NCBI GenBank assembly: GCA_009914755.4
Contig: CP086569.2
Span: forward strand, 6,848,001 to 6,912,000
DNA from: the human T2T-CHM13v2.0 reference genome, Homo sapiens
Direction: 5' to 3'
DNA: 64,000 bases
Part shown: piece by piece, positions 11,467 through 27,673 of the stretch
Position numbering within the stretch: position 1 is the stretch's first letter
Layout of the letters: every line of letters starts with the position of its first letter
Position numbers and translations under genes: made by a program
The notes under the pieces: generated by a model
Seen by the model: the letters and a program-made list of their open reading frames with translations, nothing else
Databases searched by the model: none
What the model was told of the DNA's origin: nothing

Positions 11467-12057
11467 AAATCTAGTGACCAGAGAGAGCTGATAATCCAAC
11501 AAGCTCAAGAAAGTGTCAGAGAGTACAAAAAAAAAAAAAAAAAAGCAAGGTGGTATGATAGAGAAGGTCCTCTTTCCTGAGATGAAATTTGAGTTGAGAC
11601 CTGAAGGCTGACTACAAAAAGACTTAGGGGAAGAGCTTCCCAGAGGGCAAAAGAGTTTTGTGGAAACCACACAAGGGTTCCACACTACACAGCACACATA
11701 ACAGGTATTCATGCATAGCTACAATCTATAACTCAAGTCATAAATTGGTGAACCCATCTGCATGGTCCAACTTCCCCAACGTCATTTCACAAAATCAAAG
11801 TGGGATTACTTTTTAACCTACAAATGTTAATTCAATCAAATGTCTGCCCCACACCTCCCATACTCCTTCAAGGTGGCCCATGTCAGTGGGTGTTTGTGAC
11901 CCAATTGTTTATCAGGTCATTAAGCAAATCAAAGCAACCTAATACACTAAGACCATAGTTCAGATAAAGAGCTGAATTTTGGACATTCCTTTTGTGTTGG
12001 TGGTGCTTATCATATTTTTAAAAATGAGAACCGTTGGAACTTGAATATGAGCAGACT

Positions 12058-12480
12058 CATACACACACACTTATGATGAGCTTTGTATGAGATATATGCT
12101 TGCATGTGTATAATGTGCATTACATATATTCTTTTACAAACTTTTATATGTATATATGTGTATAATATATTTTCACATATATACACATTCTTTTAAATTA
12201 TATATGTATTATTTATATGACCATATGTTTCTATTACACACATTGTGTGTATGTTATATATAATATATACACAATATATAATACATAGACTTTTATCTAC
12301 ATCACATATAATACATACAACATATATTACATAATATATAAATACATTCAAAAGAACATGTGCGTATATGTCCGTATATATACACACACATATAAAAATA
12401 TGTGTAAAAGAAAACATTATAGGGACATACATACACACATGCACACATAAAATGTATATATGCTATGTAAATGCATATAA
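12058..12480. repeat. AT/CA-rich low-complexity or simple-repeat region (TATG/TATATG/CA motifs)
   Basis: Imperfect (TA), (CA) and (TATG) repeats run for about 420 bp. Confidence 0.8.
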
Positions 12481-12482
12481 TA

Positions 12483-13075
<593 letters not shown>

Positions 13076-13141
13076 CATATAATATAATGTATGCACATAC
13101 AGATAGACAGATTAGATGATAGGGAGATGATACATAGAAGG

Positions 13142-13192
<51 letters not shown>
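13142..13192. repeat. (GATA)n / (TAGA)n tetranucleotide microsatellite, about 12 perfect units, within a GATA-rich block of about 250 bp
   Basis: The sequence is gatagatagatagata... uninterrupted. Confidence 0.95.
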
Positions 13193-13194
<2 letters not shown>

Positions 13195-13399
13195 CATAGA
13201 TAATTAATGGATAGATATATAGACATAGATATGTACATAGGTGATAACTGATGGATAGATAGATATGTACAGAGAGAGATTAGATAGCTAGATAGAAGAT
13301 ACATGATTGATGGGAAGATAAACAGATGGATGATTGACAGACAAACAGAGGGAGTCTCTCATGCTAAGACAGGGTCTCTAATCCTTACTACTCTTCACA

Positions 13400-14230
13400 T
13401 GCCTAACCTAAATACACACCACATGTGCATACATACACTACATACTGCACCCACAGGCACATGCATGTGTACACATGCATGTACACATACACACTAAATA
13501 CATGCCAGACATGCATACACACATATACACTACACGTTTGCATGTGCATACATATCAGACACAAGCAGGCAAACACATGCACATCACACACACGCACACA
13601 TGTATACGCCAAAAACATATGTACACAAACTGTGCACATGTGCCCTAAACATATCACATTTGCACACATATCCCACACATATGTGTGATCATATGCATGC
13701 ACACTCACTAAGGCATACTACACATGGATTAAAACACACACATAATATATACCACAGACATGCATGCACATACATACACAGTAATGCATGCTACATACAT
13801 GCACACTGGCACTGGTGGTGTGGTGGTGGGCACCTGTAATCCCAGCTACTCGGCAGGCTGACATCACACATACATGCACATATGAAGAGTAAATATATAT
13901 TAAACACATGCACACGATACCTGCATGCATATATACTTATATACTAACCTGCCTGCCTGCACACTACACACATTCATGCACATATAGGCACACACTAAAA
14001 ATACACCCCACATATACCACATAACACATATGTGTGGATGAATGCCCATTCACACACACTGAATGCACAGCACATATAAGCACACCACACACATCATGCA
14101 TGTGAACACACACACTATGAATATATACATGGTCATACACATCATACATGAACACATAGATGCATGTTACATATACACATACATGTCTGCACACAGACAT
14201 ATGTATGTGCACACAGGCTCACACACCACT
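13400..14230. repeat. long degenerate (CA)n / (CATG) / (ACACAT)n low-complexity tract of about 830 bp
   Basis: Dominated by cacacatgcacatacacac motifs. The H/C/T/Y-rich ORFs on both strands are artefacts. Confidence 0.9.
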
Positions 14231-14566
14231 TCACTGCTGGCCCTGAGGAAGGTGGGACGAGCTACATTTTTTCTGCCTGTCAGCCCAGTGTAAGCAAATG
14301 AAGTGACAGTGAGATGCTGGCAGAAAACAGAGTCTGCATATCAGGACACCACAGTATCAGCTATCATGTCTTCCTCCAGGGTCTTTGCTCAGCAGACACT
14401 GGGAGAGCCTCACAGTTCTCACGGGACCACCACTGTGGAGGCTGTGCCCTGATTTAACCCCCACCCAGGCCCACTCCCCACTTCAGTTCTTGTTCAAAGA
14501 TTCCATATGGAACTTGCTGCTTCAGGTCCCAAGAAGAAGAACATTGCCCTTAAAGACATTTCTGTT

Positions 14567-14890
14567 AGGCCTGGAGCTGTGGCTCATTCTTGTAACCCTA
14601 GCACTTTGGGAGGCCAAGGCAGGTGGATCACGAGGTCAGGAGTTTGAGACCAGTCTGGCCAACATAGTGAAACCCCGTCTCTATTAAAAATATAAAAATT
14701 AGTGTTGGTGGTGTGGTGGTGGGCACCTGTAATCCCAGCTACTCTGCAGGCTGAGAGAGGAGAATCACTTGAACCTGGGATGTAGAGGTTTCAGTGAGCT
14801 GAGATCGCACCACTGCCCTCTAGCCTGGGCAACAGAGAAAGACTCTGTCTCAAAATAAATAAATAAATAAATAAATAAAATAAAATAAAG
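14567..14890 (+). mobile_element. Alu with an (AAAT)n tail
   Basis: Matches the Alu consensus. The tail reads aaataaataaataaataaataaaataaaataaa. Confidence 0.9.
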
Positions 14891-15027
14891 ACATTTCTCT
14901 TTGTGAAAATCAATTCCATGTTGACATTCCAGTTTTGCAATTGTTACACAGCAATGCATTTGCAATTATGAAATCCTGACTCTACTAATCAAAGGGAAGC
15001 AATTTTCAGTCTTCTCCAGTCTTCTTA

Positions 15028-15132
15028 GCCAGGTGTGGTGGAAGGTGCCTGTAATCCCAGCTATTGGGAGGCTGAGGCAGGAGAATTGCTTGAACCTGGG
15101 AGGCAGAGGTTGCAGTGAGCTGAGATTGAACC
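15028..15132 (+). mobile_element. Alu right-arm fragment
   Basis: gccaggtgtggtgg..cctgtaatcccagctattgggaggctgaggcaggagaattgcttgaacctgggaggcagaggttgcagtgagctgagat. Confidence 0.8.
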
Positions 15133-15419
15133 TACACAACCAAGGGACAGATCATCTCAACCCCCAAAACACTCCAAGCCTCAAAGGCCTCTGGAAATAG
15201 AGGAACGAAATATTGGGACATTTTACTCCCCCAGGCCCAGGAGTCAACTCCTAACTTGATTAAAATCTGTCCAGTCTCGAAAGTCTTGTTCCTCTCCCTG
15301 TGTGCAAACTTGGCACTCCTCATGCTACTTTGGAGCCTGCTCCTGTAGGTATCACATCATGAATATTTCAGCAGTTGTTTTTGGCAGCACATGGTGCTAG
15401 CATAAAAAAATAAATGAAA

Positions 15420-15720
15420 GGCCAGGCGTGGTGGCTGAAAACTGTAATCCTAGCACTATGGGAGGTCAAGGTGGGCAGATCACTTGAGGTCAGGAGTTTG
15501 AGACAAGCCTGGCCAACAAGGTGAAACTCCATCTCTACTAAAAATGCAAAAATTAGCCAGGTGTGATGTCACATGCCTGTAAAACCAGCTACCTGGGAGG
15601 CTGAGGCAGGAGAACTGCTTGAACCCAGGAGATGGAGGTTTCAACAAGCCAGAGATTGCCCCACTATACTCCAGCCTGGGCAACAGAGAGGGACTCTGTC
15701 TCAGACTAAAGAAAAGAAAA
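15420..15720 (+). mobile_element. Alu
   Basis: Matches the Alu consensus. Confidence 0.85.
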
Positions 15721-15767
15721 TTGTACATATCCGTGATGCACAACATGATGTTTCAAAACACGTATCT

Positions 15768-16081
<314 letters not shown>

Positions 16082-16400
16082 TCAAGCCAATTAACATATG
16101 CATTATCTCAAATTTTTATCATTTTTCGTTAAAATCTACTCAGCAATTTCTACACACACAAAACTTCCTTATTAACTACAGTCACCATGTTGTGCAATAG
16201 TTTAGTGAACTGTTATGTTGAAATGTAATAGAACATGGTACCATCAAATATCATAAACTTGGGACATGGTGAAGGCAGGGGAAAATGTTGTGTTTTAGGG
16301 AAATTGAATAGATCACAGCATTGACATCAGAGGTTGATACACATGTCCCTGTATCTGTCCTTTAGAAGCTGGGTGGACAGAGGATCAAGAAACGACCCTG

Positions 16401-16702
16401 GCTGGGTGTGGTGGCTCATGCCTGTATTTCCAGCACTTTAGGAGGCTGAAGCAGGCAGATCACTTGAGGTCAGGAATTCAAGACCAGTCTGGCCAACGTG
16501 GCAAAACGCCATCTCCACTAAAAATACAAAAATTAGCCAGGCATGGTGGCACATGTCTGTAGTCCCAGCTAATCTGGAAGCTAAGGCAGGAGAATTACTT
16601 GAATCTGGGAGTGGAGGTTGCAGTAAGTTGAGACCGCACCACTGCACTCCAGCTTAGGCCACAGAGCGAGAGGCCACTCCATCTCAAAAACAACAAAAAA
16701 GG
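16401..16702 (+). mobile_element. Alu
   Basis: Matches the Alu consensus. Confidence 0.85.
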
Positions 16703-16825
16703 AAACAACCTCCCCAAGGCACAGACTCTTCATCTGTAAAGCGCATAAAATAAAAACAGAAACTTAAACCCTCTTAATCCAGCCAATCTGGGAGATCAAT
16801 AGAAGTTTGCCCCAACTCTTTTCCA

Positions 16826-16960
16826 GCCGAGGCAGGAGGATGGCTTAAGCCCAGGAGTAAAGACCACCCTGGGCAACATAGTCAGAACACATTTCTACAA
16901 AAATTATTATTTATTTATTTATTTATTATTTATTTTTTATTATTACTATTTTTTGAAACA
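16826..16960 (+). repeat. Alu fragment followed by an (ATTT)n microsatellite (16905-16960)
   Basis: gccgaggcaggaggatggcttaagcccaggag...ctgggcaacatag followed by atttatttatttatttatt. Confidence 0.75.
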
Positions 16961-17234
16961 GAGTCTTGCTCTGTCACCCAGGCTAGAGTGTAGTGGTACA
17001 ATCTCAGCTCGCTGCAACCTCCGACTCCTGGGTTCAAGCAATTCTCCTGCCTCAGCCTCCTGAGTAGCTGGGACTACAGATGTGTGCTACCATACCCAGC
17101 TAATTTTTGTATTTTTAGTACAGACAGGGTTTCACCATTTGGGCCAGGATGTTCTTGACCTCCTGACCTTGTGATCTACCCGCCTCAGCCTCCCAAAGTG
17201 CTGGGATTACAGGCTTGAACCACTGTGCCTGGCC
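16952..17234 (-). mobile_element. Alu
   Basis: Matches the reverse-complement Alu consensus ...gagtcttgctctgtcacccaggct...ggattacaggc..cactgtgcctggcc. Confidence 0.9.
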
Positions 17235-17255
17235 TGCAGATATTTTTACAAATTA

Positions 17256-17380
17256 CCTGGGCATAGTGGTGTGTGCCTTTAGTCTCAGCTACTCAAGAGG
17301 CAGAGAGGCAGGAGGATCGCTTGAGTTGATGCTGCAGTGAGCTATACTCATGTCCCTGCACTCCAGCCTTGGTGACAGGC
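17256..17380 (+). mobile_element. Alu right-arm fragment
   Basis: gcatagtggtgtgtgcctttagtctcagctactcaagaggc...gcagtgagctatact...cactccagccttggtgacag. Confidence 0.8.
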
Positions 17381-17624
17381 TTATCCTGTTTAGTACTGAA
17401 AAAACAAAGCTTATCCTTGTTTAGGACTGATGAAGATCACCATGGTGACAAGGTGGGTTTAGGAAGTTGGGTGGGGGGGACTTCTATAAATAGAATCCAA
17501 AATCTAAAAATTATTGATTATCAGTCTTACATTTTATTCTTACCCTATTTCAATCTGATGAAATAGGATAGTGGGATGTGAGTGACTTACTTTTTTTTCT
17601 TCATGGATTTCATTTGTGTTTTAA

Positions 17625-17950
<326 letters not shown>

Positions 17951-18409
17951 CCAGTCATATTTTTATGTAGACTGAAAATTAAAAATAGACAAAAGGCAAA
18001 ACTATAGAAGAAGTAAAAAGATCAGTGTTTGTCAGCGTCCTGGGGGAGAGAGAGGAGGAGGAACACAGGAAGCATAGGGGATTTTGAGGGCAGTGAAACT
18101 ATTCTGTATGATGTATCTGCAGATACTATTCCATATCTACAACTCAGTCTCTATTTATCAAAACCCATAGAACTGCACAGCACAAAGAGTGAGCCCTCAT
18201 GGAGACTGTGGACTCTGGTGAATGATAATGTCCCACTATCAGCTCATCAGTTGTAACACGTGTACCACACTAATGCGAGGTGTCAATCATGGGGCAAACT
18301 TTGTTGTATATACAGGCAAGTGGGTCTAGGGGAACCCTAGACTTTCTGCTCAGCTTTTAAATAAACCTGAAACTGCCCCTAAAAGCAAAGCCTATTCATT
18401 TAAAAAATA

Positions 18410-18790
18410 GAATAAATGGCCCTTCCAGCAACTTGGATGGACTTGGAGGCCATTATTCTAAGCGAAGTAAGTCAGGCATGAAAGGCAAATATTCATGATA
18501 TTAAGTGAGTATGTTCTCACTTATAACTGGGAGCTAAGCCATGAGGATGCACAGGCATAAGAGTGATATAATGAACTCTGGGGACTTGGCGGGGAACAAG
18601 GGAAGGGAGTGGGGAGTAAAACACTACAAATTGAGTACAGTTTATACTACTTGGGTGACAGGTGCATGAAAAATCTCAGAAATGATTAACACCATGAAAG
18701 AACTTATCCACATAAATAAAACACTACCTGTTCTCCAAAAACTGCTGAAACAAAATTTTTAAAAAATGAAAAATAGAATAACACTAAAAA
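18410..18790 (+). mobile_element. L1 3'-end fragment (ORF2 C-terminus plus 3'UTR), older L1P/L1M-type
   Basis: Translation gives ...LGGHYSK.SKSGMKGKYS..FSLITGS, the L1 ORF2 C-terminal motif. A 3'UTR-like sequence follows. Confidence 0.7.
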
Positions 18791-18915
18791 ATTAACTAAA
18801 TAAAATAGACAAAAGGAAAACCACTCACCTTGCCACTGCATGTGCTCTGCACAATTCCTTTCCTTATAAGCATTATGGAACAAATAAAAATAGATGATTG
18901 AAAAAATGCAGTGAT

Positions 18916-19208
<293 letters not shown>

Positions 19209-19265
19209 TCAGGGAGTCATTATATTTTTAGTGAAACCAATGATAATAATGATAATAATAATAGT

Positions 19266-19550
19266 AGGCTGGGTGTGGTGGCTCACGCCTGTAATCAAGA
19301 ACTTTGGAAAGCTGAGACAGAAGCCCAGTAGTTCAAGATTACCCTGGGGAACATAGGGAGACCCTGCCTCTAAAAAAATTTAAAAATTTAGGTAGGCATC
19401 GCGCCTAGTTCCAGCTACTCAGGAGGCTAGATAAGGAGGATCACTTGACCCTCGGAGGCTGAGGCTGCCGTGAGCCATCATTCGCTCCATAGCACTCCAG
19501 CCTGGGAGATGAATGAGAACCTGTCTCAAAAATAATAAAAATAATAATAA
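19266..19550 (+). mobile_element. Alu (old, diverged, AluJ-like)
   Basis: Matches the Alu consensus with many substitutions. Confidence 0.8.
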
Positions 19551-19865
19551 TCACACATGTGACCTCACTTGGTGACTGCGTATTTCGGCTCTGGGATTCA
19601 GGGGTCTCCTGCAAGAGCCAGGCTGGAATTCATCCTGCTGATGGAGTGATCCTTCTGGATAGGTCACATATTTGAGCACATTCCCATCTGCTTGAGATTT
19701 TCTGCTTTTGCCTACAAATTATCATTTTCCTGCTTATGGCCATGACACAGAAATTAACAGATGCTTGAAGTTTGAAGCCAGTGTTAAAAATAAATTGACA
19801 TCCTTACAGGGGATATCTCTTGACAACTATGTTATTTATGATTTTGCAAATGCTGGTATTTCTAA

Positions 19866-20135
<270 letters not shown>

Positions 20136-20169
20136 ACATTAAAGTCTTTATAAACTTTAAAAGAAAATG

Positions 20170-20482
20170 TGGCAGCACAGTGGCTCACACCTATAATCCC
20201 AGCACTTTGGGAGGCAGAGTGGGGGCGGATCATGAGGTCAAGAGTTTGAGAGCAGCCTGGCCAACAGGGTGAAACCCCATCTATACTAAAAATGCAAAAA
20301 CTAGCTGGGTGTGGTGGCACATGCCTGCAATCCCAGATACGCGGGAGGCTGAGGCAGGAGAATCACTTGAACTTGAGGGCACGGAGATTGCCATGAGTCA
20401 AGATAGCCCCATTGCACTCAAGCGTCAGTGGAAGAGCAAAACTCCATCTCAAAAAAAAAAAAGAAGAAGAAAGAAAAGAAAA
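20170..20482 (+). mobile_element. Alu with an A/GA-rich tail
   Basis: Matches the Alu consensus. Confidence 0.85.
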
Positions 20483-20530
20483 TGTGCTTAGCAAAATGTC
20501 CCTAAATTTCATAAATACTTACTGTTTTTT

Positions 20531-20852
20531 CACACACACACACACACAAACACACACATATATATTTTGAGACAGAATCTCACTCTATTGCCCAGGCTGG
20601 AGTGCAGTCAGTGGCATGACCTCTGCTCACTGCAACCTCTACCTCCCAGGTTCAAGCGATTCTCCCACCTCAGCCTCCTGAGTAGGGGATTTATAGGTGC
20701 GCATCACCATGTCTGACTAATTTTTGTATTTTTAATGGCAACAGGGTTTCACCATGTTAGCAAGGCTGCTCTCGAACTTCTGACTTCAAGTGATCCACCC
20801 ACCTCAGCTTCCCAGAGTGCTGGGATTACAGGCATAAGCCACTGTGCCTGGC
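20531..20852 (-). mobile_element. (CA)n microsatellite (20531-20563) followed by an Alu on the minus strand (20564-20852)
   Basis: cacacacacacacacaaacacacaca followed by ttttgagacagaatctcactctattgcccaggctggagtgcag...ggcataagccactgtgcctggcc. Confidence 0.9.
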
Positions 20853-20878
20853 CAATAACGTATTTTTAAAAATGTAAT

Positions 20879-21050
20879 AGCCAGGCATAGTGGCTCATGT
20901 CTGTAATCCCAGCACTCTGGAAGGCAGAGGTGAAAAATGGCTTGAACCCAGGAGTTTAAGACCACTGTGGGCTACATGGCGAAACTCTGTCTCTATAATA
21001 AAATAATAATAATGATAAAATTTTAAAATAACAATAATAAGAATAATAAG
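20879..21050 (+). mobile_element. Alu left-monomer-like fragment with an A-rich tail
   Basis: agccaggcatagtggctcatgtctgtaatcccagcactctggaaggcagaggtg...gaaactctgtctctataataaaataataataa. Confidence 0.75.
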
Positions 21051-21883
21051 CAGTATTTGTTTAAAATGATTAGACATACCAAACCAATCTTCTTCATCTC
21101 TACACATCGTCAGCCAAATGCAGGTTTTTTGCTACAATACAAATGTATATTTTTCAGGCCAAATTGCCACTTTCCAAACCCAAAGCAAGCATACTACTCC
21201 AGACATTTTGAAGAATTTGGCAGAAAGTGTTGTTGTTTTTTGAATGGCATAAGCTCTTGCCTAACCACATTCCAAAATACTCCGCCATTGTTTGGTTGGG
21301 GGAAAGCATCTACTTCTAAAAGTATATTATACAGTTTTTAAGGGGCTGACTGTTTTTACTGGTGATTTATGGTCCTTTTTAAAGCCTCTTAATTCTCTCT
21401 GGCACTATTAAACCAAATTCATGACCCACCAAGATGGTGTCAAAGATAAAACTCTCTGAGATTCATAATTGACAGTCAACTGGGAGACCACACCTAAGAA
21501 ATTAATAGTTCATGTGATACCAACATTTTAAAACAAGGAAAATGTAGAAAACATTGCCTGCTTTTTATATCTTCTCATGACTTTCAGTCTGGGGCAGGTT
21601 CAAGCAAGTTCAGTCAAAGAAAAACATTTGTTGCAAAGTTGTCTTTAATCCTCTCATGTCATTTATCATAGCTGAAAAAAAAAATCAGTTATACAGTTGA
21701 GGCCTGCTTCATCAAAACTTAAACCTTTGTGTTTCAAAGGACACCATCAAGAAAGGAAATTACAACCATAGTGGGAGAAAATGCAAATCATTTACCCGAT
21801 TAGAGACTTGTGTACATAATATAGAAATCATCCTTTTCACTCAGAAACAAAATTACTTTTAAAATTCAATTTACAAGTGGGTA

Positions 21884-22180
21884 GGGAGCCGAATGCAGTG
21901 GCTCATGCCTGTTATCCCAGCACTTTGGGAGGCTCAGGCGGGCACATCATTTGAGATCAGGAATTTCAGACCAGCCTGGCCAATGTGATAAAACCCTGTC
22001 TCCACTAAAATACAAAAATTAGCCAGGTGTAGGGGCACGCGACTGTAGTCTCCACAAGTAGGTAGGCTGATACAGGAGAATTGCTTGAATCTGACAGGCA
22101 GAGGTTGCAGTGAGCCAAGATCACACGACTGAACTCCAGCCTGGGTGATGGAGCGAGACTGTCTCTCCAAGAAAAAAAAA
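21884..22180 (+). mobile_element. Alu
   Basis: Matches the Alu consensus. Confidence 0.85.
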
Positions 22181-22188
22181 AGTGGGTA

Positions 22189-23440
<1,252 letters not shown>

Positions 23441-24106
23441 TAAAAATTTGAGACCCACTCCTTAATGAAAATATTTTCTCATATGTAACTTCTGTTTGTT
23501 GACTTCTTCTCAATTCAATTGTTGCATTCAACTAACTGGATCGAGACATCATCTCTCTACAGAGAAGTTGATTTTTGTCTTTATTTTCTCTCTGAAGCCA
23601 ATGAGAAAAACATATAGAGCCTCCTGTAATAGCCACTGAATTATAAGAGACAAAATAAAACCAAATGATGACAGCATGAAACAGACATACTGAACAAACT
23701 CATTTGCTAATATGGAGTTATAGCTACTTGTAAGCTAATTTAAGTGCTTTCCTTTGCCATATTGTATGCTACAACATCAACTCTGAGATCTAAACTGGCT
23801 CTAACTCTATTCAACACTATGTACTAATGATACATAAGGCAGGGGTCTGTTTTTTATAAACAAAGTTTTATGGGAACACAGGCGCTCCCGTTCATTTAAG
23901 TATAGTCTGTATCTGTCTTCTGCTTCCTCAACGGAGTTGACCTCTTGCTACAGAGACTGTGTGATCTGCAAAGCCAAGAATACTTAGCATGTAGGCCTTT
24001 ACAGAGAAAGTTTGCCAAACCCTGCTAAATGATATAAATTGGACCCAGATTTTGCAGAAATTGCAAGGGTAAGCGTGCAGAAAAGAGAAACAAAAAGTAG
24101 AAATGG

Positions 24107-24466
<360 letters not shown>

Positions 24467-25057
24467 TCAGGGGGACTTGCAATTCTGGGTGAGGTCACTG
24501 GCCAAAGAGGCTTGCCCAGCTCTGAAGCCATGCCAGGTCTTGTACTGGTATGTCAGAACACAGTCTGCTGCATGGGGCTGAGACACTGAAAATATAAACA
24601 GACAATGGCTAGGCCATGTATAAATAGAGAATCCTGACCCAAGATCTACAGCAACCAGCCTAGAAATCAATCCACTGCCTGTAGTAACCAGTCCCAAAAG
24701 CCAGCCTACTAGCTGCAAGTCTTGCTTGTGGTAAGTAAATCAGAACACTGTCTCTAGTAACAGCCCAGGAAGCCAAACAATGACCCCTGTAATCATTGGC
24801 CCCAAATGACCGGACTTGTTTAATAACTGACAGCGTTCCTAATTTTTGTCCCACTTCTAAATTAGGACCAACGAGAGACTACCACACATGCACTTGTAAC
24901 CAATAACATGGAATGTCCTGCCTGTAGTGAGCCTCCTACATCTCCCTGTGCCAGCCACCTCCAGTCAGGGCACACCTGAAGCCTCCCCTTTTCTCCACTA
25001 TGAAGCTGTCCTGCTTCTCTGCCTGCCTGTGAGTCTCCGCCAAATGCTTTTTAGAAG

Positions 25058-25860
25058 ATGAATAGGTGGGTAGATGGATGAATAGATATTGAATGGATAG
25101 ATAAATGAATCATGGATAGAGGATGGATGGATGGATGGATGGATGCATAGATAATGGGTGACTGGATGAACAGAAAATGAATGAATGGATGGATGATGAG
25201 TGAATAGATGATGTATAAATTAATTATGGAGGGATGACTAGAAAATAGATTGATGATGGATGGATGAATAGAGGGATGGAAAAATGGATATATAGTAGAT
25301 GGATAAGTGATAGAAAGATTGCCAGATTGACAGATGAATAATGGATAGATGAATGGATGGATAGATGAATGAATGGATAGATGGATGATTGATTGATGAA
25401 TTGATAAATGTATAATGGATGAATGGATGGATGATGGATGAATGGATGGATGAGTGAGTGGATGGATGGATGGATGTGTGGGTGAGTGGTTGGGTGATGA
25501 AGGGAGGGAGGGATAAATGAATGGTGGGTGTACTGATGGATGGATGGATGATGGACAGATGAATAGATAATGTATGAATGGATGGATGATGAATAAATCA
25601 GTGGATAGATAAATAGATAATGTATAAATTGATGGATAGATGGGTATATAACAGGTGGACAAATGGATGAATGAATGGATGAATGAATGAACAGATGGAT
25701 GGATGAATAGAAATATAATGGGTGGATGTATAAATATATAATGGATGGATGAAGGATTGATGGATGGATGGGTGGATTGATAGATGGATATATAATGTAT
25801 GCATGAATGTATGAATAGATGTAAAATGGATGGATGGATGGAAACATAGATGGATGATGT
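25058..25860. repeat. large imperfect (GGAT)n / (GAAT/GATA) tetranucleotide repeat tract of about 800 bp
   Basis: The sequence is ggatggatggatggatg.. interspersed with gaatagat and gaatgaat. The 307-aa minus-strand ORF translating to IHPSIHP... is a repeat artefact. Confidence 0.95.
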
Positions 25861-26815
25861 GGCTGAACCCATTGCTATGGCAATCTCTGAAGGGACAACC
25901 TTAATTTCTTCTGATGTTGTTGGTCTTTGTTTATTTCCACAAAGCAAAGCAGCAAGAGCTAGCAATTGGTGCAAAATTCACAATTAGGTCAGCAGCTGAG
26001 TGCTATACTTAGATAGTTGAAGGCAACAGAGGGCCAAAGTACAAGAGCAAGATCAATTTCACCAAGAGAGAGTCCCAAGGGCCAAGTCTGACATCTTTTT
26101 CTGGCATGGAAATTGGTTGGTTCAGTGACAATTAGGGAGAAGACTGTCAAGCTACGTATGCATGAGGAATTTCTGGGTCATCAGATACTGACATGTCCCA
26201 GCCCCAAACTCTGATTCTTCCAGCTGGTGAAGACATCCTTAGCATTGGCTCAGGCCCAGTGAGGGCTGAACTCAAAGGCAGAAGGGCTGTAGTATCTGTG
26301 ACAGGGAGAGGCTGAGAAAGGTGGCAAAAGACACACAAAACAAATAAAAAGAAAGGAAACTTCCAAGTTTGACTCAACCACAGACAAGTGAGAAAGAAGA
26401 TCAGCTTAAAAAATAGAAATGCTTACAAAATTGTTCTTTTTTTTTTCTTAAAGGAACTGACTGCTTTTTAAAGGAATTGAGAAATTGGGAAACAGACTAG
26501 AGTGGAGTTATAAATGGAATCATTGATAGATAGTTCATAAACCCAAGTAGACTACCTATTTAGGTGTTACAACTTCTCTCAAACAGCAAGGTACCAGGCA
26601 GCTCACACTTCATCTCAGTATCAGCAGACTCGGTCCACTTTTAGAAGATTACATTTTGTAATCTTCTAAAATGTTCATGACTCTTCACACTCATTTGCAA
26701 ATACAGGGATAAATTTTTAAGACTTTATTTTGACACCTATAAAAATGGTGCCTAATTCTGCAACACCCAGCCAAACGTCATTGGCTTATATGGAACTATT
26801 AAAAATATACAAAAT

Positions 26816-27103
26816 GGCTGTGCACGGTAGCTCATGCCTGTAATCCCAGCACTTTGGGAGGCTGAGGTGGGTGGATCTTGAGGTCAGGAGATCGAGACCA
26901 TCCTGGCTAACACAGTGAAACCTCATCTCTACTAAAATTACAAAAAATTAGCCAGGCATGGTGGCGCATGCTGGTAATCCCAGCTATGTGGGATGCTGCG
27001 GCAGGAGAATTCTTGAACCAGAGGCGGAGGTTGCAGTGAGCTGAGATGGTATCTGCACTCCAGTCTGGGTGACAGAGTGAGACACCATCTCAAAAAAAAA
27101 AAA
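26816..27103 (+). mobile_element. Alu
   Basis: Matches the Alu consensus. Confidence 0.9.
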
Positions 27104-27372
27104 ATACATAAAACATAAACATATTAATATAATGAATAGATTACTATCTATTATTTACTAAATAGCAAACATAAGAAAATGTATCATTATTTATTATTAC
27201 CAGGCACTGTATGAAACATAGGAAAATGTATTATTATTGATATTAAGTAACAATTATCATTGCTTAGTTATTAAATACCAAACATTATGACAAACCCTTT
27301 ACATAAAATGTCTTGATTTCACAAAAGTCATCTGAGATTCAGGACCAGAATCTAACCCCAGGTCAATTGGAT

Positions 27373-27673
27373 TTTTTGTCTGTTTTGAGACGGGTTCTTG
27401 TTCTGTTGCCTAGACTGAAGCACAGTGGGACAATCACAGCTCACTGTACCCTCAACCTCCTGGGTTCAAGTGATCCTCCCACCTCAGCCTCCAAGTAGCT
27501 GAGACTACAGGTGTGCATCACCATGTCAGGCTAACTTTTTATTTCGTAATTTTTTGTAGAGACAGAGTCTCACTATGCTTCCCTGCTGGTCTCAGACTGC
27601 TTGCCTCAGGCAATCCTCCTACCTCAGTCTCCTAAAGTGCTGGGATTACAGGCATGAGCCACCATGCCCAGCC
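27373..27673 (-). mobile_element. Alu (old, AluJ-like)
   Basis: Matches the reverse-complement Alu consensus. Confidence 0.85.

Noticed and set aside
13303-14293. Multiple 64-101 aa ORFs on both strands rich in H, C, T, Y, M and V.
   Set aside because: They are translations of the CA/CATG-rich low-complexity tract. The overlapping reciprocal frames and repeat-driven composition rule them out.
25051-25974. A 307-aa minus-strand ORF, with nested 207- and 68-aa ORFs, rich in I-H-P-S.
   Set aside because: It is a translation of the (GGAT)n/(ATCC)n tetranucleotide array. The periodic SIHPSIHP composition, the absence of any domain and ORFs in several frames mark it as an artefact.
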